Assembly: GCA_963788895.1 (NCBI GenBank)
Contig: CAWBJA010000018.1
Coordinates: 40,499 to 104,498 of the forward strand
DNA length: 64,000 nucleotides
Reading direction: 5' to 3'
Source: an uncultured Actinomycetota bacterium
GTDB taxonomy: Bacteria > Actinomycetota > Actinomycetes > Streptosporangiales > Streptosporangiaceae
The translations under genes and the position numbers were made by a program. Shown here one piece after another: positions 49,565-58,812 of the stretch. The notes beneath the pieces are model-generated. The model made no database searches. It saw only the letters and a program-made list of their open reading frames with translations, and had not been told where the DNA came from. Within the stretch, counting starts at the first letter, position 1, and each line of letters starts with the position of its first letter.

Positions 49565-50710
49565 GTGAATGATCCTGCCTTCAAACGGAAGAGATTTGAG
49601 GGGCTGGAGGGCGGGTTGGGGCGAGACGAGCTGGCTGGCGCGGCGCGCCTGGAGCTGGTGTCCGGGGTGGCTCAGCTGCGGCCCGAGGATGCGATGCTCG
49701 ACGCGATGCTGCGGGGCTGGCGGGCGCAGCAGAAGTCGCGGGGGATGCGAGATGAGACGGCCGGCGACCGGGAACGGCTGGTCCGCCGGTTCTGCGAGTT
49801 CACCAACGAGTATCCGTGGCGCTGGACGGCCGGTCACGTGGATGAGTGGTCGGCGTACCTGACGGGCGAGCGGCACCTGGCACCGTCCACTATCCGCGCT
49901 TACCAGGGCGATGTGCGGTTGTTCACCGAGTTCCTCATCGACGCCCGCTATGGCTGGGGACCGGCATGCGAGGAGGCCTTCGGCACCTACCCGGTGGCGA
50001 TCTGTCATGAGTGGAACACCCTGGCTCATCTCAACGACTATGAGGGCAGCCCGGAGGCCAGGCCGTTCACCCGCGAGGAGCTGCAGCGTTTCTTTGACTA
50101 CGCCGACGAGCAGGTCGAGCGGGCGGTGCGGTCCGGGCGCAAGGGCGCCCTGGCCGCCTACCGGGATGCCACCATTTTCAAGGTCATCTACGGGTGGGGG
50201 CTGCGCCGGAACGAGACGGCCAGGCTGGATGTGGCCGACTTCGGCCGCAACCCGCGGGCGCCGCAGTTCGGCCGGTACGGCACGCTCAACGTCCGCTATG
50301 GCAAGGCGAAGAAGGGCCAGCCTCCGCGGCGCCGGAACGTGCTGTCGGTGATGGGCTGGGCGGTGGAGGCCGTCGCTGACTATGCCGAGAACGTCCGTCC
50401 CCGGTTCGGTTACGCCGATCATCCGGCGCTGTGGGTCACCGAGCGGGGCAGCCGGGTCAGGCCGTCGGAGATCAACGCCCGGTTCGTGGCCTACCGGGAC
50501 GCGCTAGGGCTGCCCGCCGCGCTGACGGTGCACTCTGAGCGGCACGCCTACGTCACGCACCTGACCGAGGACGGCGTTGACCGGCGCTTCATCCAGCAGC
50601 AGGTCGGCCACGAGTGCGACAGTTCCACCGCCGTCTATACCCACGTCAGCGATGACTTCATGAATACGGCCCTGAGCAGGGCACTGGCTCCGGCATTCGC
50701 CGGCGTGTGA
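49565..50710 (+). CDS. tyrosine-type recombinase/integrase (381 aa)
   Basis: Catalytic pattern GLRRNE (Arg), HSERHAY (H-x-x-R), VGHECD (His) and AVYTHV (Tyr). Confidence 0.85.
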   Translation: MNDPAFKRKRFEGLEGGLGRDELAGAARLELVSGVAQLRPEDAMLDAMLRGWRAQQKSRGMRDETAGDRERLVRRFCEFTNEYPWRWTAGHVDEWSAYLTGERHLAPSTIRAYQGDVRLFTEFLIDARYGWGPACEEAFGTYPVAICHEWNTLAHLNDYEGSPEARPFTREELQRFFDYADEQVERAVRSGRKGALAAYRDATIFKVIYGWGLRRNETARLDVADFGRNPRAPQFGRYGTLNVRYGKAKKGQPPRRRNVLSVMGWAVEAVADYAENVRPRFGYADHPALWVTERGSRVRPSEINARFVAYRDALGLPAALTVHSERHAYVTHLTEDGVDRRFIQQQVGHECDSSTAVYTHVSDDFMNTALSRALAPAFAGV

Positions 50711-51069
50711 GGAGGCGAGCCTGGATGGGCGGCAAGCTGGATTACCGCTGGCACCTGCGCAAGGTCATGGCGGACCGCGGGATGTTCTCCACGACCGACC
50801 TGATCCCGCTGCTGGCCGACCGCGGGATCACCTTGTCTTCGAGCCAGGTCTACCGCCTGGTCGTGGAGCGGCCCGAGCGATTGGGCCTGAAGATCCTCAT
50901 GGCGCTGCTGGACATCCTGGACTGCACGATGGATGACCTCATCGAACCCGTCGCCGCACCTGGCGCCGCCCAGCGGCCTAGGAAGGCCGCGGCCGGCGGA
51001 ACGGCGGACGCCGCGGGCGTCGGTGCCCTGCGCCCGAAGCGGGCGCGGGTCACCGGGACGCCGCCGTGA
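50707..51069 (+). CDS. small helix-turn-helix (XRE-like) protein
   Basis: Overlaps both neighbouring genes by 4 nt. The segment LRKVMADRGMFSTTDLIPLLADRGITLSSSQVYRLV is HTH-like. Confidence 0.6.
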   Translation: MRRRAWMGGKLDYRWHLRKVMADRGMFSTTDLIPLLADRGITLSSSQVYRLVVERPERLGLKILMALLDILDCTMDDLIEPVAAPGAAQRPRKAAAGGTADAAGVGALRPKRARVTGTPP

Positions 51070-53057
51070 CAGGCAGCTCCGGCAGGCCAGCTTCGGGTGA
51101 TCCGGTCGATGGCCTGCTCACCTTGCTGTCGGAGCTGGAACCGGTCCTGAGCCCGGAGGTGGTCTTGGAGGCCCTGGGGCAGGCGGCTGCCCGCCCCGAC
51201 GGGCGGCGCCGCATCGCCCGGTCCGTAGCGGACCGGCCCAGCCTGCTCACCGGCCAGGGCGCTCGCGCCGAGTTCCCGGGCGTCTTGCGGTTCATCAGCG
51301 CCCTGGTCAAGGCTGGCGCTGTCGCCGTGATCGAGCCGCCGTGTCCGCGCTGCGGCAGGCACATGCAGCTCAGCGCCCTGGTCGACGGACTGCGCCTTTG
51401 TGCCGGGTGCGTCAAGAAGGCGCGGGCACTGCGCTGCGGCCGGTGCGGCGCGGTGAGGTCCCCGGCTCGCCGCAACGACAACGGGCAGGCCATCTGCCAG
51501 AACTGCTGGCGCCGGGACCCGCGCAGCTGGAAACCTTGCGCCAGGTGCGGGAACTGCCGGCGCGTCGCCGCGATCACCGGGGCCGGGCCGGTCTGCCAGA
51601 GTTGTCGGCCGGGTCCCGCTGTTGCCTGCAGCATCTGCGGGTTAGCCGGCAGCCGGATCGGCATGTCACGGGCGACCGGCACGCCGGTATGTGAGCGGTG
51701 CCGCAAGCGCTGGATCACCTGCTCGCGCTGCGGCAGCGGGGCGCCGCTGAAGGGAGGCACGCTGGGCGAGCCGTTGTGTGCGCACTGCCTCAACCCCGAC
51801 CCTGCCTTCTGGAAACGGTGCGCGGTCTGCCAGGTGACCTGGCAGCTGTCGGCAGCTGAGTGCACGCGCTGTTCCCTGGACCGGAAACTGAAGCAGATCT
51901 GCACCCCGCCCGGCGGCACCGCCGCACCGGAGCTGGACCGGCTGCGCGAGGCCCTTGTCCGCGTCGACCGTCCCGACCTCATGCTCGACTGGCTGAAGAC
52001 GGCCGGCGTCCGCTGCGCCCTCCAGGCTGTCGCAGCCCACCGCGCCATAACGCACGAGGCGCTCGACACGCTGCCGCCGGGCCGCACCCTGGTCCACCTG
52101 CGGTCGATGCTGGTCGCCACGGGCGCGCTCCCCGCCCGGGACGAGCGCCTGGTCGCGCTGGAACGCTGGATCGGCCAGGTCATCGCCGAGCGCACGTCTC
52201 CCGAGCACCGGCGCGCCCTGCACGGATACGCCGTCTGGCACCAGCTGCGCCGGCTGCGCAGCCGGCTCCAGGCCCAGCCCGCCTCCCGCCAGCAGGTGAA
52301 AAACGTCCGTGACCAGGTCACCGCCGCCGCAGCGTTCCTGGACTGGCTAGAGGCGCGCGGGCTGACCCTGGCCGCCTGCACCCAGGCCGAGCTGGACCGG
52401 TGGCTGGCCGGGAACTCTAGCTACCTGGCCCGGTCGGCGAACTTCGTGCGATGGGCCGTGGCCCGCCGCCACGCCTCCCGCCTCACTGCCCCGTCATCAC
52501 GCTGGACCGGCCCAGCCGGGCCGCTTGACCAGGACCGCCGGTGGGCAGACGCGCGCCGGCTCCTGCACGACGACACCTGCCCGGCCGCCGACCGGGTCGC
52601 CGGGCTGCTGATCCTGCTCTACGCACAGAAACTCAACGTCATCACGGCGCTGACGATCCAGCATGTCCTGCACCAGGACGGCCGCACGCTCCTGCGCCTG
52701 GGCAGCAGGCCCATCGTGCTGCCCGCCCCGCTGGACGCCCTCGTCGGTGCGCTTGCGGCCGGCCGCAAGGCACCGGGCACCAGCCTGCTCGACGTCCCTT
52801 CCTCCTGGCTGTTCCCGGGACGCCGGCCAGGAAGCTCGCTGACCGAAGACGCGCTCGCCCAGCGGCTCCATGCCCTCGGGATCAGCCCGCGCCAGAGCCG
52901 TAACACAGCCCTGTTCACCCTGGCCGCCGACGTCCCGGCCGCGATCCTGGCCAAGACGCTCGGCATCCACATCAAGGCGGCCATCCAGTGGCAGAAGATC
53001 TCCGGCGGGGACTGGGCCGCCTACGCCGCCGACGTCGGCAGCCGCCTGGAACACTGA
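51066..53057 (+). CDS. large integrase-like protein (663 aa) with six tandem 4-Cys zinc-ribbon units and a divergent C-terminal recombinase-type domain
   Basis: Twelve CxxC pairs lie between residues 93 and 269 (nt 51342-51872). The C-terminus is WLFPGRRPGSSLTEDALAQRLHALGISPRQSRNTALFTLAADVPAAILAKTLGIHIKAAIQWQKISGGDWAAY. This resembles the end of actinomycete integrase-like proteins, but the canonical R-H-R-Y residues are hard to place. Confidence 0.6.
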   Translation: MTGSSGRPASGDPVDGLLTLLSELEPVLSPEVVLEALGQAAARPDGRRRIARSVADRPSLLTGQGARAEFPGVLRFISALVKAGAVAVIEPPCPRCGRHMQLSALVDGLRLCAGCVKKARALRCGRCGAVRSPARRNDNGQAICQNCWRRDPRSWKPCARCGNCRRVAAITGAGPVCQSCRPGPAVACSICGLAGSRIGMSRATGTPVCERCRKRWITCSRCGSGAPLKGGTLGEPLCAHCLNPDPAFWKRCAVCQVTWQLSAAECTRCSLDRKLKQICTPPGGTAAPELDRLREALVRVDRPDLMLDWLKTAGVRCALQAVAAHRAITHEALDTLPPGRTLVHLRSMLVATGALPARDERLVALERWIGQVIAERTSPEHRRALHGYAVWHQLRRLRSRLQAQPASRQQVKNVRDQVTAAAAFLDWLEARGLTLAACTQAELDRWLAGNSSYLARSANFVRWAVARRHASRLTAPSSRWTGPAGPLDQDRRWADARRLLHDDTCPAADRVAGLLILLYAQKLNVITALTIQHVLHQDGRTLLRLGSRPIVLPAPLDALVGALAAGRKAPGTSLLDVPSSWLFPGRRPGSSLTEDALAQRLHALGISPRQSRNTALFTLAADVPAAILAKTLGIHIKAAIQWQKISGGDWAAYAADVGSRLEH

Positions 53058-53061
53058 CCAG

Positions 53062-53403
53062 ATGCCAGGTCTGCCTGAACTCGACATCGCCCGCGTCCGC
53101 CGCTGGTGCGGGCAACGCGTCCCTGAGCATGCCCGCGACCAGGTCCGGGTGGAATGCGACATCGCCCCGCGGCACCTGACGATCGTCGAGTGCCGTCCGC
53201 CGTGGCGCCAGGGCACCGGCCCGGAATGGACACGGTTCCCCATCGCCCGGCTCCGCTACACCCAGGCCACCAGGACCTGGACCTTGTACTGGCGCGACCG
53301 TAACCTGCGCTTCCACCTCTATGCCCAGCTCGAGCCGTCACCGGAAGTTGGTGACCTGCTGGACGAGATCGACGGCGATCCAGTCGCGATCTTCTGGGGA
53401 TAG
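53062..53403 (+). CDS. DUF3024 domain protein
   Basis: RVRRWCGQRVPEHARDQVRVECDIAPRHLTIVECRPPWRQGTGPEWTRFPIARLRYTQATRTWTLYWRDRNLRFHLY matches my recollection of the DUF3024 signature. Confidence 0.6.
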   Translation: MPGLPELDIARVRRWCGQRVPEHARDQVRVECDIAPRHLTIVECRPPWRQGTGPEWTRFPIARLRYTQATRTWTLYWRDRNLRFHLYAQLEPSPEVGDLLDEIDGDPVAIFWG

Positions 53404-53454
53404 CCCGTCCAGGCTGAGGCATTCAGAGTGTTTCAATACCTGACTGTGCCATTA

Positions 53455-54378
53455 GAAGGCGCCACCGCGGGCGCGCCGCTGGCCATCCAGGTCGCCGACC
53501 GGTGGCATCTGTGGCACAACCTGGCCGAAGCGGTCGAGCGTGCCGCCGGCCGCCACCGCCCCTGCCTGCAAGAATCACCACCTGCCCACCCCGGCCCCGA
53601 GCCGGCCCCGGCTGCCCCGCGGGCTGCTGAGGCAGGACTGGCCGCGCGGACGCGGGCCCGCCATGGCGAGGTTCACGCCGCGCTGGGCCGCGGGCTGACC
53701 ATCACCCAGATCAGCCGCACCCTAGGACTGGAACGCAAGACCGTGCGCCGCTACGCCACCGCCGCCACCCCAGACCAGCTGATCTCCGGCACCCGCCTGA
53801 CCCGGCCGGGGCTGCTCGGCCCCCACCAGGCCTACCTGCGCCAGCGCTGGGACGAAGGCATCCGGAGCACCGAACGGCTGCACGCCGAACTGCGCGAACG
53901 CGGCTACCGCGGCAGCCTGCGCACCCTGCGCCGGCTCACCGCCCAACTGCGCCAGCACACTGCCATCCCGGCGCCGCCGCCAGCGCCTGCGGCCAGGAAA
54001 GTGGCCAGCTGGATCCTCACCCCGCCCGGCAAGCTCGCCGACGCTGACCGCGCCGCGCTCGCGCAGATCACCGCCCGCTGCCCCGAACTCAGCGCCACCC
54101 GGGAACTGGTCCGCGACTTCGCGGACATGCTCTGCCACCGCCACGGCGAGTGCCTGGAAGCCTGGGCTGCGCAGGCCGAAAGCAGCCCGGTCAGCGAGCT
54201 GCGCAGCTTCAGCAAAGGACTCCGCAAAGACTGGGCCGCCGTCACCGCCGGGCTCACCGTCCCCTACAGCTCGGGCCCGGTAGAAGGCCACGTCAACCGC
54301 ATCAAGATGATCAAAAGACAGATGTACGGCCGGGCGAAACCCGACCTGCTCCGAAAACGCGTCCTGCTCGCCAACTGA
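53455..54378 (+). pseudogene. ISL3 family transposase, C-terminal part
   Basis: EGATAGAPLAIQVADRWHLWHNLAEAVE...GPVEGHVNRIKMIKRQMYGRAKPDLLRKRVLLAN is the canonical ISL3 DDE C-terminus. Confidence 0.85.
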
Positions 54379-54455
54379 GCCCGTCACGACAATTGAGCCA
54401 GAGCCGTTGCGGTCCCCGCTGGTGGCCAGATAAAAGTCCCCATCCCTCGGGTTGA

Positions 54456-55232
54456 TCATTTCTTGTTCAGGGCGGTTCCTCCTCGGGCTCGGGCCTGGCG
54501 CATCCGGTACGAATCGCCGTCTGTGACCACGACGTTCGCGTGATGGAGCAGGCGGTCCAGGAGGCTGACGGCGGTGGTGTGCTCGGGCAGGAACCGGCCC
54601 CAGGACTCGAATGGCCAGTGGCTGGCGATGCCGAGGGCGCGGCGTTCGTAGGCGGCGGAGACGAACCGGAACAGCAGCTGGGCGCCGGTGTCGTCGAGCG
54701 GGGCGAAGCCGACTTCGTCGACCAGGATCAGGTCGTTGCGGAGCAGGTTCTCGATGATGCGGCCGGCGGAGTTGTCGGCCAGGCCGCGGTAGAGGGTCTC
54801 AGTCAGCTCGGCGGCGGTGAAGTAGCGGACCTTGTGCCCGGCGTGGACGGCGGCGGCGCCGAGGGAGACCAGGACGTGGCTCTTGCCCGTGCCGGCCGGC
54901 CCGACCAGGCACAGATTCTCTTTGGCCCGGATCCATTCCAGGGTGGCGAGGTAGTCCAGGGTCGGGCCGGGGATGGAGCACGCGGACCGGTCCAGCTCAT
55001 CGAGGGTCTTGATCACCGGGAACGCGGCCGTCTTCATCCGGGTCCGGGCGCTGGACGCCTCGCGGGCGGTGATCTCGGCGTCGATCAGCGTGCGGAGCAG
55101 TTCCTCCGGCGCCCACCGCTGGGTCCTGGCGGTGATCAGCAGTTCGGGGGCGAGCTGCCGGATGGCGGACAGCTTGAGCCGCCGCAGCCCGGCGGCGATG
55201 TCGGGTGCCAGCGGCGGCGGCGCCGCGATCAT
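54456..55232 (-). CDS. istB: IS21-like element helper ATPase IstB
   Basis: 258 aa with Walker A GPAGTGKSH and Walker B LILVDEVG. Overlaps the istA stop. Confidence 0.9.
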   Translation of the reverse strand: MIAAPPPLAPDIAAGLRRLKLSAIRQLAPELLITARTQRWAPEELLRTLIDAEITAREASSARTRMKTAAFPVIKTLDELDRSACSIPGPTLDYLATLEWIRAKENLCLVGPAGTGKSHVLVSLGAAAVHAGHKVRYFTAAELTETLYRGLADNSAGRIIENLLRNDLILVDEVGFAPLDDTGAQLLFRFVSAAYERRALGIASHWPFESWGRFLPEHTTAVSLLDRLLHHANVVVTDGDSYRMRQARARGGTALNKK

Positions 55233-56692
55233 GACAGCCCGCCGATCGCGTAGTCGGCCAGCGGGCGGACCGGGACGGCGGGCAGGTCCAGGTTCAGCGT
55301 GTCACCGGGGAAGCGGGGCTCAGGCACGCCCGCCCCGGCGGCCAGGATCGACCGCACGTCGGCGGGCCGCCACCGGCAGAACGCGACCGCCCGGTCCAGC
55401 GCGGCGAGGAAGTCCTGATCGCCGTGCGCCGCGCGCAGCGTGTTCAGCTCGGCCAGGTCGGTGCCGAGCCGGGTGCTGCCGGCTGCGGCGGCACCTGTGA
55501 TGAACGCCTCGGCGACCGGGCCGAGCGAGCAGAACTCCTTCTCCGCCGCGGTCTTCGGCCGCGCCGCACGACGGGGCGCGGCCCGCGGCCCGCCGTAGTG
55601 CTCATCACGGACCGATGCCTCACCGGGCGCGACCAGCAGGTGCTCAGCCACAACCTCCCCGGCGCCGTCGCTGATCGCCAGCAGCCGGCCGTCGCCGGCG
55701 CGCAGCCTGACTTCGGTGCCGATCAGGCGGACGGGCACGGAGTAGCGAGCCGATCCGAACCGGACGCAGGACAGCCGGTCGACCTTGCGGCTGATCATCT
55801 TGCCGGCGCTGGCCCGCAGCGACGGCAGCGTGCCCAGCAGCTCCCGCTCGGCCACCAGCCGCTCCGCCGGAACCGCGCAGATCTCGCTATGCACCGCGCC
55901 GTTGACCTCGGCACACCACGCCGCCGCGGCATCGTTCGCCGCGGCCAGGTCACCGAACGGCGCCTGCGCCGCCATCAGGTCGGCCTTGGCATAGCCGACC
56001 AGGTTCTCAACAATTCCTTTCGATTCCGGATCCGCCGCCTCGCAGAAATCAGGCCGGAACCCGTAATGACTGGCGAACCGGACGTACTCCGCCGTGGGCA
56101 CCACGACATTGGCGACCACGCCGCCCTTCAGGCAGCCCATCCGGTCGGCCAGCACCTTGCCCGGCACCCCGCCGAGGACCTCGAAGCACTCCGCCAGCAT
56201 CGCCAGCGTCGTCTCCGACTTCTCATCAGCGGCGAACCGCACGAACCGGACCCGCGACCACGCCAGCACCGCGCAGAACACGTGCAGCCCGCCCTCGGCG
56301 CCCCAGTCGATCACCAGATGCTCACCCGGCGACCACACCGCCGGCCGCCGGCCGCGGTGATGCTCACCGCGCCACGCCTGCTTGCACTCCGCGACCAGCC
56401 GCCGCAAGTTCCGCGCCGACCCCGCATAGCCGGCCGCCTGCGCAGCCGGCAGCAGCCGCTTCGCCGAGATCCGCCCCGCCGTCGCCTTCACCCGCCCGGC
56501 AACCAGCTCCGCGACGGCGTCATAGTTATGGCCACGGCTGGCCCGCCCGGGAGCACCACCGCCGGCCTCATGCCGCGCGATCACCCGCTTCACGGTCTTG
56601 TGCGTCGTGCCGCTGATCACAGCGGCGCCACGGTACGTGCCCACCTCCCGGTAGGCCGAAATGATGTCCATCCGTTCCCTCGCAGACTTCAA
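55229..56692 (-). CDS. istA: IS21 family transposase IstA
   Basis: 487 aa with an N-terminal HTH (MDIISAYREVGTYRGAAVISGTTHKTVKRVI) and an rve-type core (HLVIDWGAEGGLHVFCAVLAWSRVRFVRF). Confidence 0.9.
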   Translation of the reverse strand: MKSARERMDIISAYREVGTYRGAAVISGTTHKTVKRVIARHEAGGGAPGRASRGHNYDAVAELVAGRVKATAGRISAKRLLPAAQAAGYAGSARNLRRLVAECKQAWRGEHHRGRRPAVWSPGEHLVIDWGAEGGLHVFCAVLAWSRVRFVRFAADEKSETTLAMLAECFEVLGGVPGKVLADRMGCLKGGVVANVVVPTAEYVRFASHYGFRPDFCEAADPESKGIVENLVGYAKADLMAAQAPFGDLAAANDAAAAWCAEVNGAVHSEICAVPAERLVAERELLGTLPSLRASAGKMISRKVDRLSCVRFGSARYSVPVRLIGTEVRLRAGDGRLLAISDGAGEVVAEHLLVAPGEASVRDEHYGGPRAAPRRAARPKTAAEKEFCSLGPVAEAFITGAAAAGSTRLGTDLAELNTLRAAHGDQDFLAALDRAVAFCRWRPADVRSILAAGAGVPEPRFPGDTLNLDLPAVPVRPLADYAIGGLS

Positions 56693-56831
56693 TGGAAGCT
56701 CCCCGGGCGGTGCGGTGACTGGCTGACACCGCCACCGTCACCGCCCGGGCCTCAACCTCCGGGACGACACGACGAACGAGGGATGGGGACTTTTAACTGG
56801 CCACCAGCGGCGACCTCGACCCGGCCACACA

Positions 56832-57316
56832 CGGGGACTTTCTCACGGCCATGGACAGCCTGGCCGAGCGGTCCGGGGATTTCCGGTTTCCTGGTCCGTG
56901 ATCGCGGTTCGAATTTCACCCGCTCCCCCGATGCGGTCTTCCAGGCCGCGGGTGCCACGATCTTGCGCACTTGCTGTGCAGGCGCCGCGGATGAACACGA
57001 TCTGCGAGCGCCTGGCCGGCACCTTGCGCCGTGAGGTCCTGGACCGGACCCTGATCCCGGGCCAGGCGCACCTGCAAGCCGTCCTGGCCGAATACCAGGA
57101 GCATCACAACACCGCCCGGCCACACCAGGGCATCGGCCAGCGCATCCCGGACGCAGAACACCACGATCCCCGCATCGCCAACGCAGACCCCGAAACGTGG
57201 CAGATCCGCCGAAAACCCGTCCTGAACGGCCTGATCAACGAATACGAGCGGGCCGCCTAAAGACCGTGAAGGCCCAGGTCAAAGCCATAATCCTATTTTC
57301 GAGCGGCACAAGATCG
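56832..57316 (+). pseudogene. rve-integrase type IS transposase, C-terminal fragment (copy 2), cut by IS21
   Basis: ...DSLAERSGDFRFLVRDRGSNFT...MNTICERLAGTLRREVLDRTL...HHNTARPHQGIGQRIP...LINEYERAA*, with one frameshift. The roughly 55 bp after the stop are conserved with copy 1 (AAGACCG..CCCAGGTCAA.GCCA.AATCCTA.TT.CGAGCGGCACA). Confidence 0.7.
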
Positions 57317-57733
57317 CTCCCCGAAGTGCAGGTCACAGCCGCTGGCCGACTATTGACACCCCACAGGCATCTTCCTGGCGTCGCGGAACCCGGCGGGTGC
57401 CTGGCAGGCCGTACAGAATTCCTGTCCAGCAAACTCCAGCGCCGGGCAGATCATTGGAGCCCGTTACTGGCCACGGAATGCCCTATTCGCTGGGACGAAA
57501 ACAGAGTAGTATAAAGGTAACGCTCTGGACCCAGGCAGCTGTAACCGCATTTTTAAAATCGTGGTTGCGCGGCAGGGCCCGGATTTTTTTTCGTGCACGG
57601 AACGGTGCAGGCAAGACGCCACAAGCCAAGGGACGTGAGCAACCCTCGGGAGAATTACTTCTCCTACAGCGATCTACCCGGCATGACTGACTACCGCGTG
57701 CGTCAACTCGTCGCTGACCAAAGGGAGTCGGTT

Positions 57734-58030
57734 ATGGGAATCATCGCCTGGATCGTTCTGGGCCTGGCCGCCGGGCTGCTCGCCAGCATGCTGGTCCCCG
57801 GCCGCAGATCACAGGGCCTCATCCTTACGTGCGCGATCGGTGTCGCAGGTGCGCTGCTGGGCGGCTGGGCTGCCACCCGGCTGTTCCACATCCACAGCCT
57901 GCAGGGGTTCTTCAACCTGTCCACCTGGCTGACGGCTATCGCCGGGGCGGCCATCTTGCTGTTCGCCTACCACCTGGTCACCGGGCAGACGGGCCGGTCC
58001 CGCCGGTCCCGCTGGTTCGCGCACCGCTAA
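57734..58030 (+). CDS. GlsB/YeaQ/YmgE family stress-response membrane protein
   Basis: MGIIAWIVLGLAAGLLASMLVPGRRSQGLILTCAIGVAGALLGGW is the family signature. SD AAGGGAG. Confidence 0.8.
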   Translation: MGIIAWIVLGLAAGLLASMLVPGRRSQGLILTCAIGVAGALLGGWAATRLFHIHSLQGFFNLSTWLTAIAGAAILLFAYHLVTGQTGRSRRSRWFAHR

Positions 58031-58110
58031 GACCGGCCACCGGCGGGGTCTTCCGCCGCGGCCCGGGCGCGCAGTCCTCCATCAGAAAGCAGGCGAGAAT
58101 TGTGTCAACC

Positions 58111-58689
58111 ATGACCATCGCGGCCATCGTGGCCGCCGTCATCGTGGCCGGTGCCCTGGTCGCCGGCGTACTGGCCGTCATGCGGCGCCGGCGGCTTCAG
58201 CAGCGCTTCGGCGCGGAATACGGCCGGCTGGCCGGCGAACGCGACAGCAAGCGCAAGGCCGAAGCTGAGCTGACACAGCGCGAGCGGCGAGTGCGGGGTC
58301 TTGACATCCGCCCGCTCACCGACGCCGCGCGCGCGGGTTATGCCGATCAGTGGGCTGGCATCCAGGAGCGGTTCGTCGACGCCCCGGCCGACGCTGTCGC
58401 AGGCTCGCAGTTGCTGGTGGCGGCGGTGATGACCGAACGGGGCTACCCGGTGCAGGAGCCTGATCAGGTTCTGGCGGACCTGTCCGTCGGGCACGCCAGC
58501 GTCCTGGACAGCTACCGGGCGGCCGAGGAAGTCAGCCGCAGGGCCGATTCAGGCACGGCTTCCACCGAGGACCTGCGGCAAGCCATGATCAACTACCGGG
58601 TGCTCTTCGCTGACCTGCTCGGCGGCGCGGCTGATGCAGACTCCGGGCCAGCCACCGCCGAACTTGCGCCGCCTGGCCGTCCCAGATGA
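58111..58689 (+). CDS. hypothetical single-pass membrane protein
   Basis: N-terminal TM segment (MTIAAIVAAVIVAGALVAGVLAV) followed by a charged helical region. It shares the motif W..IQ..FVD.P...TEDLR.A...YR with the next ORF. Confidence 0.5.
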   Translation: MTIAAIVAAVIVAGALVAGVLAVMRRRRLQQRFGAEYGRLAGERDSKRKAEAELTQRERRVRGLDIRPLTDAARAGYADQWAGIQERFVDAPADAVAGSQLLVAAVMTERGYPVQEPDQVLADLSVGHASVLDSYRAAEEVSRRADSGTASTEDLRQAMINYRVLFADLLGGAADADSGPATAELAPPGRPR

Positions 58690-58812
58690 CACAGCGCCGG
58701 GCACCAGTGACACGCAGGTTACTGAATCTCAGCCCGGCCTGGCCGCCAGCGACCCCGTCGCTGACCGCGCGAACCAGTCACTCGATGAATCAGACGTCAG
58801 GGAGATGACCAG

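Larger units (their letters stand above)
49437..53454 (+). mobile_element. 4018-bp tyrosine-recombinase element (Tn554-like logic) inserted precisely into the ISL3 transposase gene
   Basis: The ISL3 reading frame is restored exactly (...GGCYA|EGATAGAPLAIQVADRWHLWHNL...) when 49437-53454 is removed. I saw no inverted repeats and no target duplication. The element carries two recombinases, an HTH protein and a DUF3024 protein. Confidence 0.7.
48703..54405 (+). mobile_element. ISL3-family insertion sequence carrying a 4-kb internal insertion, flanked by the 8-bp target duplication GTTGCGGT
   Basis: Terminal inverted repeats GGCTCTGGCTCAATTGTCGTGA at 48703-48724 and 54384-54405 (reverse complement). 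Identical GTTGCGGT at 48695-48702 and 54406-54413. Confidence 0.9.
54406..56831 (-). mobile_element. IS21-family insertion sequence (main body); its outer left tip is displaced to 48682-48702
   Basis: The inner inverted repeats CCGCTGGTGGCCAG(A/T)TAAAAGTCCCCATCCCTCG at 54416-54449 and 56777-56810 match at 33 of 34 positions. Both ends begin TGT. The element carries the istA-istB pair. Confidence 0.8.
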
